DNA of 31,482 nucleotides from Cyanobacteria bacterium P01_D01_bin.156 (GTDB taxonomy: Bacteria > Cyanobacteriota > Cyanobacteriia > Phormidesmidales > Phormidesmidaceae), in the NCBI GenBank assembly GCA_039024555.1, contig JBCCQQ010000069.1:1-31482 (forward strand). The letters are read 5' to 3'. Below, in pieces: positions 19,178 through 29,619 of this stretch (positions within the stretch are counted from its first letter, which is position 1; every line of letters starts with the position of its first letter). The position numbers and the translations under genes are program-made. The notes under the pieces are model-generated. The model worked only from the letters and a program-made list of their open reading frames with translations, ran no database searches and was not told the DNA's origin.

Positions 19178-20755
19178 TTAAGGCAGTACTGCCAGCAAGC
19201 CCCCAGAGGCTAAGGTAATGCCAAATAAGCCCAAACCTAATAAAAACACGCAGCCTGCCCCGAGAATTCTTACCCATCGGGTCAGGCGCTGACGTCTGTT
19301 GTTTAGACGACGTTCGGCATATCGACGCCCCATAATGGCCATAGCTCCAATCCAGGCAAGGGTTATGGCCATGCCTGCAGAAATGGCGAGAACCATAGCA
19401 ATGCTGGGCCACAGTAAATCATTGGCCAAACCGTACAGTAGCACCAGTAGGGCACCGCTGCAGGGCACTGCTCCAATGGCTAGGGAAAGCCAGCTGCCGC
19501 CTTCCGAATCGATGCAGTTAAAGCACTGGCAGAGGTCACGACTAGGCTGGATCTGTTGAACCAGGTCGGGAGATAGCACAGAGGCCGGATCTGTTCTATG
19601 CATAGCAGATCGGTGAACAGATGACTGTGTTCTCAGAGCTTGCCACAGTAGCCAGGCACCAATCGCTGCGATCGCACCATAGCTAACCAGTTGAATGACT
19701 TGATAGTTATCAGGCGTACTGCCACCCACCTGTCGAATCACCGTATCCGTCAGTAACACTACGATAACGGCTGATAATACATGGAATATGGCAATTCGGA
19801 GTCCCATGGTGATGCCCCGCCGTAAGCTCCCTCCCTTGCCAACAAAGTAAGAGATGATTACGGCTTTGCCATGGCCGGGACCGAGGGTATGGAGAACGCC
19901 GTAGCTAAAGGCCATCAGCAATCCAAGGAGAAAAGTGCCAAAAGAACGCTGAGCGTGAAGTTTACCCATAGCCTGGGTCAGAACCGCAGACACCCTCATA
20001 GGAATTGTTTGCCAAATAGGGCCAGACACTATTGACGAGACTGACTCCGGCGACTCTAGCACCATACTTTCTAGGTTAAGAGCATAGCTCACCTCCACTG
20101 GGCGTGAACCATCCACACGAAATAGCTCATAGCTGGCGGGTTGCTTACGCAATTGACCAGTGACTGCGACCGGAGCAAATAACCCAGGTGGCTCCATAGC
20201 CGCCTTTGGTTGCACATGGATGATTTGATTAGGCGGTGGCGGCGGCACGTGAATGCAAGCGCCTACATAGGGAACCAGCAGAAACTGGGTGACCTGCTGC
20301 TCATTGTTCCAGGTGAGAGGCAATACATACCCCGATAGTTGAACTGACTGATTCTCTAGAGTCTGGTTGGTTGATTGCGATTGTTCTTGCCAGTAGGCCT
20401 GAGCTTTGTCTACCTGAGTTAGCAGCTGTTCTACATTGAGACCCTGAGATTCTAATCGGTTTCTTAGGCGCTCAACTTCTTGAATCTCAAACGTTTCAGA
20501 ACCGGTCTCATTTTCATCTATCCAAAGTTGGAGCTGAGCCAACATCGATAGCTCATGGGTCTGGTCAATGGACAGATGTTCATACGGATTTTGTAAAGTG
20601 GTGGTCCGGGGTTCTAAATCTTCCCAAGTAATAGTTTGCTGTGCAGCTAATGGATATGCATTAATTACCACCAGCCAGACGGACAGGAGAAAAGCCAATA
20701 GGTAGCGCCGGCGGGCTAAGTCGTACATAGAATCGCACGGAAGAATAGCTGCCAT
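19178..20755 (-). CDS. Fusion of DUF3299-like periplasmic domain and RcnA/NiCoT-like Ni/Co transporter
   Basis: FLLVPYVGACIHVPPPPPNQII (DUF3299-type); YGVLHTLGPGHGKAVI and GAVPCSGAL (RcnA-type) with several TM helices. True start may be ATG 20728. Confidence 0.85.
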   Translation of the reverse strand: MAAILPCDSMYDLARRRYLLAFLLSVWLVVINAYPLAAQQTITWEDLEPRTTTLQNPYEHLSIDQTHELSMLAQLQLWIDENETGSETFEIQEVERLRNRLESQGLNVEQLLTQVDKAQAYWQEQSQSTNQTLENQSVQLSGYVLPLTWNNEQQVTQFLLVPYVGACIHVPPPPPNQIIHVQPKAAMEPPGLFAPVAVTGQLRKQPASYELFRVDGSRPVEVSYALNLESMVLESPESVSSIVSGPIWQTIPMRVSAVLTQAMGKLHAQRSFGTFLLGLLMAFSYGVLHTLGPGHGKAVIISYFVGKGGSLRRGITMGLRIAIFHVLSAVIVVLLTDTVIRQVGGSTPDNYQVIQLVSYGAIAAIGAWLLWQALRTQSSVHRSAMHRTDPASVLSPDLVQQIQPSRDLCQCFNCIDSEGGSWLSLAIGAVPCSGALLVLLYGLANDLLWPSIAMVLAISAGMAITLAWIGAMAIMGRRYAERRLNNRRQRLTRWVRILGAGCVFLLGLGLFGITLASGGLLAVLP

Positions 20756-20796
20756 CTGATTTTAGGTAATTTGCACCTATTTAGGTATTAATAAAA

Positions 20797-20861
20797 GAAG
20801 TCGGAGTTTGAAAGTCGGAATATTCTGCTTTTCTGACTTCCGAACTCCGAACTCCGACTTC
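20797..20861. repeat. Inverted pair of short heptamer-like tandem repeats (STRR-like)
   Basis: gaagtcggagtt (20797-20808) is the reverse complement of aactccgacttc (20850-20861); internal tccgaac repeats. Confidence 0.8.
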
Positions 20862-20925
20862 AAAGCAATACCCCCAGCTGGCTGGCCGATCCCAAATTGC
20901 TTAGCTTCTACCGTTCTTTTGAGGG

Positions 20926-23900
20926 TTAGACTGCCATCCCAGTCAAAATGCCAGATGTACCTTCCAAGGCAAGAAAAGAGATCGATTCTCTGGTGTGGCC
21001 GATTTCCATGTCTTTGGATTGCTCTTCATGGACTCTGACTCCAAAGCCAAGGGTGCTGATGCTATCTAGCCTCAGGTTAGCGGTATCTGCTCCGTAGTAG
21101 GACCCCAGTTTGGCAATTAACGATGGTGCCTGGTCAAAGGCTTCTTCAAAATTCACCTGGGTGCGATCCTTATTAACGGTACGTCCTGTCATCCCCCCCT
21201 GCAGTAATGTATCTCCGTCAGACCCCACACCTGGATCAACGGCTAGCCACCCGACGGTTTCTTGGGCATGTCCCCCTGAGTTTTTAGCCTCTTCCTCCTG
21301 CATGGCTAACTGAAAGCTTTGTGACTTCTGCCCCCTCATTCGGGTTGTTACCCAGTCGAATCCATTAAGAGTTTGTACCTGGGAGAGAACAATAGGCTTC
21401 TCGTCAAAGTCTTGTAAGTCAATTGTGTCAAATCCTTGAGATGTCAATCGGTTAGTCTTGTGGGTCCCTGCCGAGATACGTGTACCATCCGTCAAGGTCC
21501 AATCCCCTGCCTCCATCACCAGATAAGATACAGATTCACGAGTGTGTACGTCATCCTTATAGCTAGGCTCTTGTAGACGTACTTGGAAAGTATCTTCAGT
21601 AATGTTCCGCAGCCGCAGAGCAGCCGGGTCTCCACCCTTGAATGTGGGATCTGAAACAATGACGATCGGATCGATGTAATTGTTATCCAAGGCAATAGTT
21701 TGCCATCTGTGGTCCAGACTGAGAGTGCCATATTCTCCGAGCACGCTCTCCGCGATGGGGGCGGGGAGCGGTTCAGGCACTGGTTCAGGCTCAGGAATAA
21801 TTGGCCCAGGCGTAATTGGAGATGTTGGAGTACTATCATGCAATGCCGCTAAATAACCCAAGTTGTAGGACATGGGTGCGATGGTTTGCATAATGGTGAA
21901 TTCTGAATGGGGCACCAAATAGGTAACATCAAAGTGCCCTTCTGTGACTGGCCATAGCCGCGGATCGGGAGAACTAACATCGTCAAATAAATCCAGAGAC
22001 CAGTCATCGTAATAGCTAAAATCCACAGGACCATAAAGGGTAACGCCCGGCGGCGGATTCCCCCCAACAGCAATGCTATCGATAATTAAGGGATCATCGG
22101 GGGTACGGTGCCCCAGCCCTGTGGTGTAACTAACATTGTCAGGGTTAGCTCCCATAATAAATTGGGTGGCTAAAATCCCTGATTCTAAATATTTTTCATT
22201 ACTGGTTAGGTTATGAGCCCGCAACAGATTAGTACTATTAGGGCCAAGGCTACCCCATCCCAATGGGGCCCAAGGATCTTTGTTCCACTTAAAGCCGGTA
22301 CTGTTAATGGCAACAATCTCATCGTCGGCTGCCTGCAACAATGAATTTTTAGCATTGTTTTGGATAGTCGAATTTACTCCAGCTTGCTCCGTACGTGAGT
22401 AGGTAAACGCCGCATCCCGACGATTGTGATTTTGCCAGATATAAGGAGCAACATTAGGATCATCAAATACAGTCGTATCTAAAAAGACTTGGTGCCATCG
22501 TTCATCTCCAGACAGACGATACAATTCAGCGGCGGCTAAACTACGCTCATCGTAAACAGCTGTATAGGTTGTTGTGTTTTCAGGAATCTGGCCAAATTCT
22601 TGTTCCGCCCATTCCATGGCCTTCAGAGCACTCTCCTGATACTCATTTGCCTGATCTGGGGCGATATCTTGCAGGACATAAGCGGCATAGGCCGCTGTCG
22701 CTGCATACTTATAGCTCGACCACATATCTGGCGCGTAGACCATAATAGTTTGCGACTCTTGCCAGCTTGCCTCAAACCTGGCGGGGTGAGAGGCCGATTC
22801 GACTCCCCCCCGTACTCCCCCATCGGACAATTGCAACCGTTTGAAAAAGTCCAGTCCCCAAAGGGCCTCATCAATAACATCGGGTAGATTGTTGTTGGAT
22901 TCAGGAATATTTAGATCAACATTACTAAAATAATCAGGAAACAGTTCTGCTAGCTCTAACATGGACCGGGTAGCATCTAAATGCTGAATCCGTCGATCCC
23001 AGTCTCCTGCATCAAACCAGCCCCCCCATGCTTCCGGCACTAACTGTTCTGTTTTGCCAGCCACTAGTGCTTCAAAGGTATCTACAGCTGGATTTAATCC
23101 CATAAAGGTATCCATTAGGTTAGCCGTAGACTGATAAATTTGGACTCCATCATCCGGGTGAAATGGTCGGGGTCTCTCATAGTCAGTATATGGACTCTCC
23201 AAGGCGATGCCACTGCGCTGGTGGTACATGCCCCGAACCGAAACATAAAAACTTTCTGCCCAAACCTGTTCTCCGATATCAAACGAGAACGAAGTCCCCA
23301 CACCATCTACGGCGACCTTATAACTGCCTGTTTGGGTGAAGTCACTAAAGTCCATCATGTAGACATCAGTGCCGTTATAGTTACGACCTAGATAATCTTC
23401 GGCCTCATCTTTATCCTTGGAGAGTTCGACGGCTCCTTCGTAGACTTTGTTACCAGTAGCTTCATCGATTAACCAAAACCGTTGTCCGGGAGTGTATTCT
23501 ACATCTTGTCCTTCTACGCCCATCCAGGTAGAGAGAAAGGCCACTTTTGTGGGGGAGTCTGGATCAAACCCAATATGGGAAATATGTACTGCTTCACTGC
23601 GATCGCTTGTCGGCTCGTACGTAAATGTTGTATCTTCTACACCACTCCCGCTAAAGTCAATCTCATAGGTATTGCCCTTTTCCAACGGTTCAGGCAATTC
23701 TAAAAACACCGTATGTTCCATGGGCCAGCCAAAGTCCCAAGAACCGGTTTCAGCAATACCGGCCACCTTACTCTTACGAAAAACATTGGTGGGTTTAAGG
23801 TCTTGACTAGCACCGGAATTACTGATGGATTTGATCGTGTAGTTGCTAACATTATCAGCCCAATCAGTGTCTAATTCCGGCCCTTCTAGAGTGTCAAAGG

Positions 23901-24180
23901 TGCGTACTACGGTGTTGCCAGCAGTCATATGACCTACAACCTGGCCATCACGGTACAAAATATTCCACTCGTTAACAAAGTCTCCTGGTTGAGGTATATA
24001 AGGAATTTGTTTTCCTTTAATGACTTCACCTGTCTCAATCCGCAGAGCTAAAATTGTTGGGTTAACTGTGTACGCATCGGTAACTTTAACGCTGGATAGG
24101 GTATTCATGCTAATCGGTGCTGTAGTGATAAAGCCTTTAAGCCGCAAAGAAAAAGAATGACAGCATAGGACGGCTGTCAT
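20926..24180 (-). CDS. Glycoside hydrolase family 9 with N-terminal Ig-like domain, Pro-rich linker and three C-terminal beta repeats
   Basis: HQRSG, GGWFDAGDWD, DEALWGLDFF, SYTTGLG, SEFTI; linker TPTSPITPGPIIPEPEPVPEP; three roughly 95-aa repeats ending (RL/AM/RV)xE(E). Start may be ATG 24108. Confidence 0.9.
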   Translation of the reverse strand: MTAVLCCHSFSLRLKGFITTAPISMNTLSSVKVTDAYTVNPTILALRIETGEVIKGKQIPYIPQPGDFVNEWNILYRDGQVVGHMTAGNTVVRTFDTLEGPELDTDWADNVSNYTIKSISNSGASQDLKPTNVFRKSKVAGIAETGSWDFGWPMEHTVFLELPEPLEKGNTYEIDFSGSGVEDTTFTYEPTSDRSEAVHISHIGFDPDSPTKVAFLSTWMGVEGQDVEYTPGQRFWLIDEATGNKVYEGAVELSKDKDEAEDYLGRNYNGTDVYMMDFSDFTQTGSYKVAVDGVGTSFSFDIGEQVWAESFYVSVRGMYHQRSGIALESPYTDYERPRPFHPDDGVQIYQSTANLMDTFMGLNPAVDTFEALVAGKTEQLVPEAWGGWFDAGDWDRRIQHLDATRSMLELAELFPDYFSNVDLNIPESNNNLPDVIDEALWGLDFFKRLQLSDGGVRGGVESASHPARFEASWQESQTIMVYAPDMWSSYKYAATAAYAAYVLQDIAPDQANEYQESALKAMEWAEQEFGQIPENTTTYTAVYDERSLAAAELYRLSGDERWHQVFLDTTVFDDPNVAPYIWQNHNRRDAAFTYSRTEQAGVNSTIQNNAKNSLLQAADDEIVAINSTGFKWNKDPWAPLGWGSLGPNSTNLLRAHNLTSNEKYLESGILATQFIMGANPDNVSYTTGLGHRTPDDPLIIDSIAVGGNPPPGVTLYGPVDFSYYDDWSLDLFDDVSSPDPRLWPVTEGHFDVTYLVPHSEFTIMQTIAPMSYNLGYLAALHDSTPTSPITPGPIIPEPEPVPEPLPAPIAESVLGEYGTLSLDHRWQTIALDNNYIDPIVIVSDPTFKGGDPAALRLRNITEDTFQVRLQEPSYKDDVHTRESVSYLVMEAGDWTLTDGTRISAGTHKTNRLTSQGFDTIDLQDFDEKPIVLSQVQTLNGFDWVTTRMRGQKSQSFQLAMQEEEAKNSGGHAQETVGWLAVDPGVGSDGDTLLQGGMTGRTVNKDRTQVNFEEAFDQAPSLIAKLGSYYGADTANLRLDSISTLGFGVRVHEEQSKDMEIGHTRESISFLALEGTSGILTGMAV

Positions 24181-24711
24181 GTTCGCAAGATCGATAGATG
24201 GCCCTAACTGTTGAGATCCGCCGCCTAACTAACAAGTAATGAGGCACTCTGCTGTAAAAGCCAAAATTGGCAGCAAAAGATTACCAGAATAATGATCTGT
24301 TGAGTCAACATCTTTTGGGTGCAGAGGTAATCGACACAGGCGTTTAGTGTGATAGTTAATTGCTTCACGTTTTACCGTACTGCTGTCTCTTGAAAGCTAC
24401 CTTTCAAGACTGTCTATGCGATACAGCAGGCTGTAATGAGTTGACATAAAATAGCTCTCGGCACAGTCAGACAAAGAATGAATCCATCTGGCTAGCTGTC
24501 TTGCAAGCTAAAAAAACTACATTGGCTGTAGAGACTGTGTAATTGAATTAAATGCTCTGTGTTCACAAGGATTCTAGATTAACTATTATTACTAAAGTAA
24601 TCAGTAAAATGTTGCTGTTCAAACGCCAACAAGAAAAAACAACAGTAGATGAGAACGTGTGATGCTGATGTACTCAACTACAGTGAAACACAGGCTTAGT
24701 ATTACATATTT

Positions 24712-24732
24712 ACCTTCACACGGTGTGAAGGT
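24712..24732. terminator. Palindrome downstream of hydrolase operon (terminator or operator)
   Basis: accttcacac-g-gtgtgaaggt, perfect 10-bp arms. Confidence 0.4.
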
Positions 24733-24831
24733 TCTATCAAGAACAGATAAAGACGCTTTTTGCAGGCAATATCCATAGGCCAATCTAAAAACTGTCTCAG
24801 TCATTTACCTTATCTTTGGCTAAGCATGACT

Positions 24832-25650
24832 TCAGATAGTCCTGACACTCGCCTGTAATTCAGAAATTTTTTCCCACATCACGATGGGATTGGAATACAT
24901 AGGGAAATGACCACAGGCAGGAATTTCTGCTAGCTGTACACCATGGGCTTGAATATGACTAAGATACGAAAGCGACGCATTTTGTTCACCATACATGAAC
25001 TGTTTGGGGCAAGGTAACGCTAGGAATTTTTCCATTAGGTCGCCATGGTCCGATAAATCCACCATAGATTCAAAAATGCTTCTTACAGTACCAGCTCGTA
25101 CTTTATGGCGTAAGCTGGCTGCATATAGGGTACTGGCAAAGGCTGGAGCTTTATAAGTTCGCTCAATAAACGCGTCAAAAAATATTTCGTCATCGCCCTC
25201 TGGATACTCGATAATTTGTCTGCTTAGAAAGCAATCTTCTGGTGCGATATTCCCTTCAATGTCCACAAAAGTGAGAATACGGTTGGGGTATTGATGGGCA
25301 AACATTAACGCCGTAAGCCCCCCCATTGAATGCCCAACAAGGTGAAAACGGCCTATTTTGAAATGGTCAAGTACCTTTAAAGCAGTCTTTACCAAGAAGG
25401 GAATGGAAATATGTGAGAGGTCTGAGCAATGGGTTTTGCCACAGCCTGGTGCATCGTAGGCGATGAAGGGATGCCCATCAAAAGCGGTATGGAGCGCAAT
25501 ATCGCTGTAGTCTTCTTTTGTAGAACCGAAACCGTGCAGAAATAGAAGGGGAGCGAGATGACCATCACGGTGAATCGCTGCAATGTTCAATTCAACATTA
25601 TCGACAACTAAGGGTATTTGTGATTTTGTAATGTCTCCCTGGGTGCCCAT
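24832..25650 (-). CDS. Alpha/beta fold hydrolase
   Basis: LFLHGFG, YDAPGCG, GHSMGG nucleophile elbow, CGHFPM. Confidence 0.93.
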   Translation of the reverse strand: MGTQGDITKSQIPLVVDNVELNIAAIHRDGHLAPLLFLHGFGSTKEDYSDIALHTAFDGHPFIAYDAPGCGKTHCSDLSHISIPFLVKTALKVLDHFKIGRFHLVGHSMGGLTALMFAHQYPNRILTFVDIEGNIAPEDCFLSRQIIEYPEGDDEIFFDAFIERTYKAPAFASTLYAASLRHKVRAGTVRSIFESMVDLSDHGDLMEKFLALPCPKQFMYGEQNASLSYLSHIQAHGVQLAEIPACGHFPMYSNPIVMWEKISELQASVRTI

Positions 25651-25668
25651 TAAAATCTCTATTTATTG

Positions 25669-26442
25669 CTAAACATAGCCTAGTTTTTGCCTTGTCTGTC
25701 TGAGAATATGACTTGCAGCTCCCCGTAACAGAGGGGTGTCATTGGTGAGCGTGAGTATCTGAAATCCCCATTCTGTCAATAGTGGGATATTTTCAGGCAA
25801 ACCAACATGAATCCCTGGGACCAAACCGTATTCTTGGGCTACTTTAACTATTTTTTTTAGCGCATCTTCAACGATAGCTAGGGAAAAGTCAACCTTTGCG
25901 GGTAATCCGAGACTAATACTTAAATCTACAGTTCCGACATATAGACCATCTAAACCAGGCGTAGACGCAATTTCTTCAAGATTGTCTAGGGCTTGGCTAG
26001 TCTCGATCATCGCTAGAGCAAGTACGGTTTGGTTGGCTACCGAAAAGTAATCGTTGCCTGCATAAACATTGGCGCGGATGGGGCCGTAGCTGCGCTGTCC
26101 CAAGGGGGGATAGCGACAGCTTTGGATAAAGTCTTCGGCTTCTTGGCGATTATTGATCATTGGACAAACAATGCCATAGGCACCAGCATCCAATAGGCGC
26201 ATAATGGATACTGGATCGTTCCAGGGCACACGTACCAACGGCACTGCTGATGTACTCGACATCGCCTGTAGCATAGTAAGCGCAGTTTGGTAGTCCATCA
26301 GGCCATGCTGCATGTCAATGGTTAATGCATCAAACCCAGTGTGGGCCATGACTTCACCAGTCCAAGCACTCGGAATTGTAAGCCATGCATTGAGAGCTAT
26401 CCTATTGTCTGCCCATATCTTTTTGAGGGTATTTTCTCGCAT
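25669..26442 (-). CDS. HpcH/HpaI family aldolase
   Basis: GFDALTIDMQHG, LVRVP, LLDAGAYGIVCPMI, YPPLGQRS, MIET, GTVDLS. Confidence 0.93.
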   Translation of the reverse strand: MRENTLKKIWADNRIALNAWLTIPSAWTGEVMAHTGFDALTIDMQHGLMDYQTALTMLQAMSSTSAVPLVRVPWNDPVSIMRLLDAGAYGIVCPMINNRQEAEDFIQSCRYPPLGQRSYGPIRANVYAGNDYFSVANQTVLALAMIETSQALDNLEEIASTPGLDGLYVGTVDLSISLGLPAKVDFSLAIVEDALKKIVKVAQEYGLVPGIHVGLPENIPLLTEWGFQILTLTNDTPLLRGAASHILRQTRQKLGYV

Positions 26443-26849
26443 TATTCTGTTGTTTCTGTGTGAACTTGCGCCTGCCCAAATCCGTCGCCACTGCGTTTGT
26501 ATTCTTGGCGTGGTGGACTAAATATATCGAGTACCAAAGCCCCTGCTGCCCCTGCTCGAATAGTATGGGGTACATCGCCTGGGGTATGCCAAAAGTCCCC
26601 CACCTTCATGGCAAATTCTTCATCGCCCTGTTGACGAATGCAGTCTCCTTCGAGGAGCACCCCCCATTGTTCTTCGGGGTGGCTGTGTATTTTACCCACC
26701 GAATTAGGCTCAAATTTTACAACCGACAGCATCGCCTGTTCACCTGCAAAAACACATGTTTGGATACCTTCTGCAAGTGTGCGAGATATGCCTTTGTTAG
26801 CATCGTGAAGATTAAAGACCCAGTCAGGGAGAGAAGAGTTTTTCGTCAT
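26442..26849 (-). CDS. Cupin domain protein
   Basis: HSHPEEQ...PGDVPH...DIFSPPR; stop overlaps the aldolase ATG. Confidence 0.92.
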   Translation of the reverse strand: MTKNSSLPDWVFNLHDANKGISRTLAEGIQTCVFAGEQAMLSVVKFEPNSVGKIHSHPEEQWGVLLEGDCIRQQGDEEFAMKVGDFWHTPGDVPHTIRAGAAGALVLDIFSPPRQEYKRSGDGFGQAQVHTETTE

Positions 26850-27191
26850 TCGAGACTCCTTTAATCAAAATTATAAATAGCTTTTCCTTAAGCTTTAAGT
26901 CAGTGGCATCCTATTGAAAATCTGCTCAATCTGCTCTATGCCGCTTGAAGAGAACTTTTCAAGTGTCATCGTTTTAATGTTGGACATACCCAATAAAACG
27001 ATGCTCTTGATTGATGGCCTACTATTGCACTCTCTATGGGGGCAATGACAACAATCTCTTTTGGCACATGAAGAAGTTGATTAGTTTAGGCGGGCGTGAG
27101 CTTAGTGACCTTATGGTACCAGTGCCATTTTTGCATTAACATAGCGATTTAAAGTTGAAATAGAAATTCGACCTAAAAAATAGAGGAATTA

Positions 27192-27668
27192 ATGACCAAA
27201 AACCTTCGATTACGTAAAACCAAGTTGGATCCTATCGATATACAACTGATCCATGCGTTAACGAGGGACTCAAGAACCTCCATTGCAGAACTCGCTAGGT
27301 TGCTCAGTATGTCTGCACCAAGCATTTCTGAACGGGTGCAGCGTTTGGAAGAGTCCGGCATTATTGAACGCTTTACGGTGGAGATTGAGCCCAAACTGCT
27401 TGGCTATTCCCTAGGGTTTTATATTCGGATTCGTCCCTTTCCCGGTCAGCAGCCCCATGTAATAGCTCTGATTACCGAAATAGAACAAATCGTTGAATGC
27501 GATCGCATTACGGGTGATGACTGTTTTATTGCAAAGGTGTTTGTAAAATCTGCCAGCGATCTTGAAAAAATACTCGATCAGCTGATTCCCTACGCCCAAA
27601 CAAACACCTCTATGATTCAGTCATCTTTGGTGAAGCGCCGACTACCGCCCATAGAGGAAATCAGGTAA
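27192..27668 (+). CDS. Lrp/AsnC family transcriptional regulator
   Basis: LDPIDIQLI...SIAELARLLSMSAPSISERVQRLEESGII, CDRITGDD; divergent from the cupin operon. Confidence 0.95.
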   Translation: MTKNLRLRKTKLDPIDIQLIHALTRDSRTSIAELARLLSMSAPSISERVQRLEESGIIERFTVEIEPKLLGYSLGFYIRIRPFPGQQPHVIALITEIEQIVECDRITGDDCFIAKVFVKSASDLEKILDQLIPYAQTNTSMIQSSLVKRRLPPIEEIR

Positions 27669-27799
27669 AGCGTTTCTAGGTAGCCGCTAGAGGAAGGTCA
27701 CAGATGCTAGGACGTCTAAGTCAACTTTTCAACAAACTAATCTGATTAATCTCAAGTTAGTGGGGAAATTTAGACTAACTGTCTTTACTTCGTTGTCCC

Positions 27800-29554
27800 A
27801 TGACTGCCCTTGAGACTGTCCGCCTACATACTCGTCGGCAGGGCCTACCCATCGGCCTTAAAATATTTGGCCTAACTGCCAGCCTGCTGGGGCTAATGGT
27901 TATGGTGGTAGGGGTCTCGACTCGACGCCTAGGGCAGGTGAACGAAGAGATTATTAATCTGGCGGACTACGCGCTTCCCATTACTGATCGAGTAGCCCAA
28001 ATTGATGTGCACGTCCTGGAACAGGAGTTGCACTTTGAGCGGGTACAAACACTGTATGAAATTGAACCTCTAGATGAGGAGCGTCTGCAGTCGGAGCTGG
28101 CAGGGTTTATGGAACGGGGGCAGCAGGTTGATGAAGAAATTGAAACTGCGATCGCACTAGTCCAAACCGCCATTGATGAGGCGACGATTCCCGAAGTCAA
28201 GGCTAAATGGCAGAGCATTGCTCCCAGATTAATGGCCATTGAAACGGAACACCAATTATTTCAAACCCACACGAGTGAGCTTTTAGAGCTGTTAGCTGCC
28301 GGAGATTTAGAGTCCGCCCATCAGCTTGAAGAAACGTTGGTTGCCCAGGAAGTAAACTTCAACCAATCGGTTAATGACGTTTTCCTAGAGCTGGAAAACT
28401 TTACCGTCAAAGCGGCCCAATCTGGACAGTATCACCAGCAAGTGGTGCAAACCCTTAGTGCATCCATAGCGGGTTTAGCCACCCTAGCCGGTTTGGCCTA
28501 CGCCACCCTGGTTACCCTAGGGTTAGTAAGGCCAGTACGCTCCCTTAAAGCCGGTACTACCGCCGTGCAAACCGGTGATCTGGATGTTCATTTAGATACT
28601 TCCAGTCGAGATGAAGTGGGCACCCTGGCCCGAGCTTTTAACACGATGGTGGACGAGCTCAGACTCAAGGCCCGTCTAGAAGAGACCTTTGGCAAATATG
28701 TCGATCCGCGGATTGTAAAATCCCTTGTCCAGAGCAGTAACACCGCTGCTACTGACGGAGAGCGTCAGATTATGACCGTCTTTTTTGCCCAGGTGCAAGG
28801 TATGGAAACCGGCTTAGCACCCTTAGCACCCACCGATCAAGAACGCATCATCAATGACTACTTAAGCCTGATGTCGGCCCCCATCAGTAACCACGATGGG
28901 GTGATCGACAAGTTTATTGGCACCATGATTATGGGCTTTTGGGGCCCTCCCTTTACCGATGAAGATAACCATGCCCGTCTAGCCTGTGAAGCGGCCTTGG
29001 CAAGTCTCGATCAGCTGACCCAGCTGCAACCCAAACTGGCCCAGCTAGCCATGGCCCAAACCCAAAATCTCCACATTGGTCTCGCCACTGGGCCATTGGT
29101 GGTAGGCAATATGGGCTCAGAGGCTGCTAAGGCCTACACCGTAATGGGAGACACAGTAAATATTGCTTCCCGCCTGAAAGGGGTTAGCCAGCAGTACGGA
29201 GCCACCATTGTTATTAACGAGGCCACCCAACAACAGGTGGCGGATGTTATGGCTACCCGAGAACTGGACCTGATTCGAGTGGTGGGGAAAGAAGACGCCA
29301 TCCACATTTATGAGTTATTGGGGCGCAAAGATGCTCAAACGGCTGCGGATGAGGGTGCGATCGCAGCCTTTTCCCAGGGGCTCACGGCTTATCGACAGCA
29401 GGACTGGGAGCAGGCTCGTCAGCACTTTACCCAATGCCTGGACCAAAAACCTGGCGATCGGCCCACACTGCTCTACCTAGACCGAATTACCCAGCTAGAA
29501 GCAAATCCACCCGACACGAACTGGGATGGGGTATGGCAACTAACCCGGAAATAA
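27800..29554 (+). CDS. Membrane class III adenylate cyclase subunit (TM-helical sensor-TM-HAMP-cyclase), lacking both metal-binding Asp (C2/beta-like)
   Basis: HAMP (DEVGTLARAFNTM), transducer element TFGKYVDPRIV, cyclase with FFAQVQG, DKFIGTMIM, YTVMGDTVNIASRL. Confidence 0.92.
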   Translation: MTALETVRLHTRRQGLPIGLKIFGLTASLLGLMVMVVGVSTRRLGQVNEEIINLADYALPITDRVAQIDVHVLEQELHFERVQTLYEIEPLDEERLQSELAGFMERGQQVDEEIETAIALVQTAIDEATIPEVKAKWQSIAPRLMAIETEHQLFQTHTSELLELLAAGDLESAHQLEETLVAQEVNFNQSVNDVFLELENFTVKAAQSGQYHQQVVQTLSASIAGLATLAGLAYATLVTLGLVRPVRSLKAGTTAVQTGDLDVHLDTSSRDEVGTLARAFNTMVDELRLKARLEETFGKYVDPRIVKSLVQSSNTAATDGERQIMTVFFAQVQGMETGLAPLAPTDQERIINDYLSLMSAPISNHDGVIDKFIGTMIMGFWGPPFTDEDNHARLACEAALASLDQLTQLQPKLAQLAMAQTQNLHIGLATGPLVVGNMGSEAAKAYTVMGDTVNIASRLKGVSQQYGATIVINEATQQQVADVMATRELDLIRVVGKEDAIHIYELLGRKDAQTAADEGAIAAFSQGLTAYRQQDWEQARQHFTQCLDQKPGDRPTLLYLDRITQLEANPPDTNWDGVWQLTRK

Positions 29555-29619
29555 TCTTCTCTAAAAAACTCTTTCTCTATAATTAGTCATCCTAAATTCT
29601 CTCTTAACTAACGCTTACC

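Larger units (their letters stand above)
484..29364. repeat. Dispersed HIP1 octamers (GCGATCGC)
   Basis: Seen by eye at 484, 3344, 5280, 10882, 14524, 19668, 23599, 27499, 28148, 29357; chance expectation in 31 kb is under one copy. Confidence 0.9.

Noticed and set aside
24388..24409. Inverted repeat tcttgaaag-ctac-ctttcaaga upstream of the GH9 gene
   Set aside because: Could be an operator, but it matches no regulator motif I can name and is a single short instance.
26880..27110. Possible gene remnant between cupin and Lrp genes
   Set aside because: Only short open frames (about 30 aa) with no recognisable motif; cannot support a pseudogene call without a search.
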